Assembly (NCBI RefSeq): GCF_004010195.1
Contig: NC_057718.1
Span: forward strand, 65,369,815 to 65,418,543
Direction of reading: 5' to 3'
DNA: 48,729 bases
Origin: Chiloscyllium plagiosum
Lineage: Eukaryota
A program made the translations under genes and the position numbers. Of the stretch, positions 45,402 through 48,729 are shown piece by piece. Position 1 is the first letter of the stretch. The number at the start of each line of letters is the position of its first letter. The notes under the pieces were generated by a model, which ran no database searches, had not been told where the DNA came from, and was given only the letters and a program-made list of their open reading frames with translations.

Positions 45402-45600
45402 TAAATGGCAAATTCAACTAAGATGGACCCTCCAATTGGCATGGTGCTCTATTCAGCCCCTGTATATTATCCATTTTAGATGTAAAGAACTGCAAAACTT
45501 TCTCAACCTTTAATCACACTTCATCGACCACTCTTGGATTTTGCTTGATCTCCAGCCAATTGCTGTGTACAATTAAGTTCAGTTCCATGGACATTATCAT
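45402..45600 (-). pseudogene. Candidate exon of decayed host gene (phase 0 to 1, two stops)
   Basis: ctgcag|MIMSMELNLIVHSNWLEIKQNPRVVDEV*LKVEKVLQFFTSKMDNIQGLNRAPCQLEGPS*LNLPF|gtatgt; 199 nt; 5' side abuts a CR1 tail. Confidence 0.45.
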
Positions 45601-45614
45601 CTGCAGAACCTTCT

Positions 45615-46950
45615 TACAGAGTAATGGAGCCATACAAATGGAAACAGACCCTTCCATCCAACCAGTCCATGTCGACCATATTTCCAACCTAAACAAGTCC
45701 CCCCCACCTGCATTTGGCCCATATCCCTCCAAACATTTCTTATTCAAAAATTCATTTAACATTGTAGCTGTACCCGCATCCACCACTTCCCCTGAAAGTA
45801 CATTCCACACATGAACCACTCTCTATATAGAAACATTGCCTTCATGTCTTTTTTATATCTTTCTCCTCTCACCTTAAAAATATGCACCCCGTCTTGCAAT
45901 CCCCCACCCTCAGGAAAATACACATGTGATTCACCTTATCTAGACACCTCATGATTTTATAAACCTCTTTAAGGTCACCCCTCAACCTCCTACACTCCAG
46001 GGACAAAAAATCCCAGCGTATCAAGCCTCTCCCTGTATCTCAAAACCTCCATTCCTGGCAACGTCCTGGTAAATCTTTTCTGAACCTTCTCCAGCTTACT
46101 AATATCCTTCCTATAATGGGGTGACCAGAACTGGACATATCACTCCAGAACAGGCCTCAACAGTGTCTTGTACAACATCAACATAACATCCTAAAGCCTA
46201 TACTCAAAAGGTCTGAGCAGAAGTCTTGCCTTTGTTTTACCAAAGTGAAATACCTTGTATTTATCCAAATTAAACTCCATCTGCCACTCTTCAGATCATT
46301 GCTCTAGTTGATCAAGTTCTCTTTTGTAATCTTAGACAACCTTCTTCACTGCCCATTATAAAACCAAATGGTGTTATCTGCAAACCTACTAATCATGCCT
46401 TCTATTTTCTCATCTAAATCATTCATATAAATGACAAACAAAAGTGGGCCCAGCACTGATCCTATGGAACACTGCTGATCACAGGCTCCAGTCCAAAAAA
46501 CAACCCTCCGCTGTCACTCTCTGCCATTAAGCCAATTTTGTATCCAATTGGCAAGCTCACCCTGAATCCCATGTGATCTAACTTTACTAATTAGTACACT
46601 ATGTGGAACCTTGTCATAGGCTTTACTAAATCTAAATAAACAATGTCTACCAGTCTGCACTCATTTATCTTTTTGTTTACTTCCTCAAAAAGCTCAAGTT
46701 TGTAAGACATGATTTCCCTCACTCAAAAGCATACTGACTATCCCTGATCATACCTTGCCTCTCCAAATGCATATACATCCTATCTTTCAGAATCACTTCC
46801 AATAATTTATAACCACTGAAGTCAAACTCACAGATCTGTAGTTCCCAGGCTTCTCCTCACATCCCTTCTTAAACTCTTGACACCTCACCTGTATACATAG
46901 ACGATACAAATATTTCTGCAAGAGACCCCACAATTTCCTCCCTAACTTGC
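45615..46950 (-). mobile_element. CR1 (HER1-like) LINE 3' half
   Basis: VHVWNVLSGEVVDAG..LEGYGPNAG, with degraded RT further right. Confidence 0.9.
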
Positions 46951-47352
46951 TGTTGGGTTCTTACCATAATCGGCGAACAAGAGTAAGATAGAGACCGGGC
47001 AGGAGTCTTAGAAGTTGTCTTTATTGAAAGCACTTCTTAGTAAATCTAACTTAAACTTGAAGATGTACTATGAGTAGACATGGCTTTGTATACAGCACTG
47101 CAACCAAAGATTATTTATACACTATTCTTATGGTTGTCTGTCCCTACAATGATAAACAGAGTATTTATTTATTCTATCTCTCTTACACAGTTAACATAAC
47201 ACATACAGCCTGACAGCATTTGCTGTCATCCACCCCTTGAGTCATCTATGTTAACCTGAACATATTTGCTGTCATGTGCTACTTTTGTCATTCCCCTTAA
47301 TCATTCTAATCACCTTCAGTTGCTGCCCTCCACACTACCCCTCACCCCCACA
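46951..47352 (-). mobile_element. 3' LTR of an endogenous retrovirus
   Basis: Minus strand begins TGTGGGG after the PPT-like aaagtggggg and ends CCCAACA. TATA-like sequence at about 47115; AATAAA at 47020-47025. Confidence 0.75.
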
Positions 47353-47937
47353 CCCCCACTTTGATTCTGTCAAAGCACACTACAGAATCACAATGTTTAA
47401 ACATAGGAGCCAAGCAATTCCTTTTGTACTGGAGAACCGGACTCAACAGACCGAATTTGACTTGGCATCGAGCTCTAAATATAAGCTACAAGCAGAGAAA
47501 CATTGCAGAAGAACGTAAATGGCAATTCAAATAATGAGAAAGATCATTATGCCTAGGACAATAGAAGTGCTCAAGGACCTGAACCATCCCCTAGCCCAAC
47601 TCCAATGATGTTTTCTGGGGGGTATTTGTGATTGTCAGCCTCTTTACTGATGTAATCTGCAAGTTTGGTAACTTCCTCTGAATTGTCAGTGATGTAAATG
47701 CAGCAATCTTGCCCAATGAGAGCACTTGTCTTTTGTTTTCAGAAAGCAGCTAGTCGAGAGCCATTCGGTTTTGTCAGACAGTTGGCCCAGGACCTTATGC
47801 AGACTGCCCACCCAGCTTTTCTGATCCCATTTTCCACAAGCAAGGATCCGTCTGTAAAGAGAAACAGATCTGGGGTTTGTAAAGGCTCTTCTGTTTCGTC
47901 AAGCTGCTGTAATATCTCTATTTATAAGATTTGTAAT
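47353..47937 (-). mobile_element. Class-I ERV internal remnant: pol RNase H start joined to env TM subunit
   Basis: EEPLQTPDLFLFTDGSLLVENGIRKAGWAV (about 47900-47801), then QNRMALD*LL..(S)ALIGQDCCIYITDNSEEV..WSWARGWF..IVLGIMIFLII (ISD, CX6CC-like motif, membrane anchor). Confidence 0.85.
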
Positions 47938-48729
47938 ATCAAGGATGGACACCTCAGCACTACACTCTACCGCAAACCCACAGACAACCTCACAATGCTA
48001 CACTTCTCCAGCTTCCACCCAAAACATATTAAAACAGCCATTCCCTATGGACAAGCCCTACGCATACACCAGATCTGCTCAGATGAGGAGGAACGTGACG
48101 GACACCTGGAAGTACTCAAGGATGCCCTCAACTCATCGACTGCCAATTCCGACGTGCCACAGCAAGGAACCGTAATGACCTCCTCAGCAGACAGACACAT
48201 GCTGCAACTGACAGGGTACCCTTCGTTGTTCAGTACTTCCCAGGAGCTGAAAAATTATGCCATGTTCTTCATGACTTGCAACACATTATCAATGAGGATG
48301 AGCACCTCACCAAGACCTTCCCCATACCTCCACTACTTGCCTTTAAACAATCTTCAAACAGATCATTGTTCGTAGCAAGCTGCCCAGCTCTCAGGACAAC
48401 TCCATACAACCCTGTCACGGTGGACGCTGCAAGAGACATGTCAGATTGTGGACATAGATACCACTATTACACGTGGGAACACCTCCCACCTTGTACATGG
48501 CAGGTACTCATGTGACTCAGCCAACGTTGTCTATCTTATACGTTGCAGGCAAGGATGCCCAGAGGCATGGTACATTGGGGAAACCGAGCAAAGGCTACGA
48601 CAACGGATGAATGGGCACCGCACAACAAGCAACAGACAGGAGGGTTCCCTCCCAGTTGGGGAACACTTCAGTGGTCCAGGACATTCAGCCTCGGACCTTC
48701 GGGTGACCATCCTCCAAGATGGACTTCGG
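47938..48729 (+). mobile_element. Penelope-like element ORF (RT thumb plus GIY-YIG), truncated by the window end
   Basis: LSTTLYRKPTDN..HFSSFHPKHIKTAIPYGQALRIHQICS; NVVYLIRCRQGCPEAWYIGETEQRLRQRMNGHR. Confidence 0.95.

Noticed and set aside
47698..48375. 225-aa ORF as a host gene
   Set aside because: Chance read-through from antisense ERV sequence into a frameshifted PLE ORF.

Overview
Eukaryotic, repeat-dominated vertebrate DNA, almost certainly from a shark or other elasmobranch (HE1/V-type SINEs, HER1-like CR1 LINEs). It has two N-gaps. There are no intact genes, rRNA/tRNA genes or CRISPR arrays, and nearly every ORF in the supplied track is a transposon fragment or its antisense shadow. 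Most of the window is mobile-element sequence. This includes many CR1 LINEs, two of them near full length (zinc-finger plus SGNH-esterase ORF1, APE-RT ORF2), Rex1/Babar and RTE fragments, tRNA-derived SINEs, two Tc1/pogo-type MITEs and solo LTRs. It also includes a class-I endogenous retrovirus remnant (RNase H joined to env TM, then PPT and 3' LTR) and Penelope-like elements (PLEs) whose termini carry minimal hammerhead-ribozyme motifs. Several insertions are nested and resolvable by target-site duplications (TSDs). Between the repeats, the minus strand carries a chain of at least 11 exon-like segments (about 45.6 kb to 6.3 kb). They have GT-AG ends and largely compatible phases but many stops and frameshifts, and they appear to be a decayed multi-exon gene. 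By my reading its N-terminal part resembles a KRIT1/FRMD8-type FERM domain, followed by further PH-like folds. All family names come from motif recognition by eye; no database search was run. TE boundaries without TSDs are approximate.
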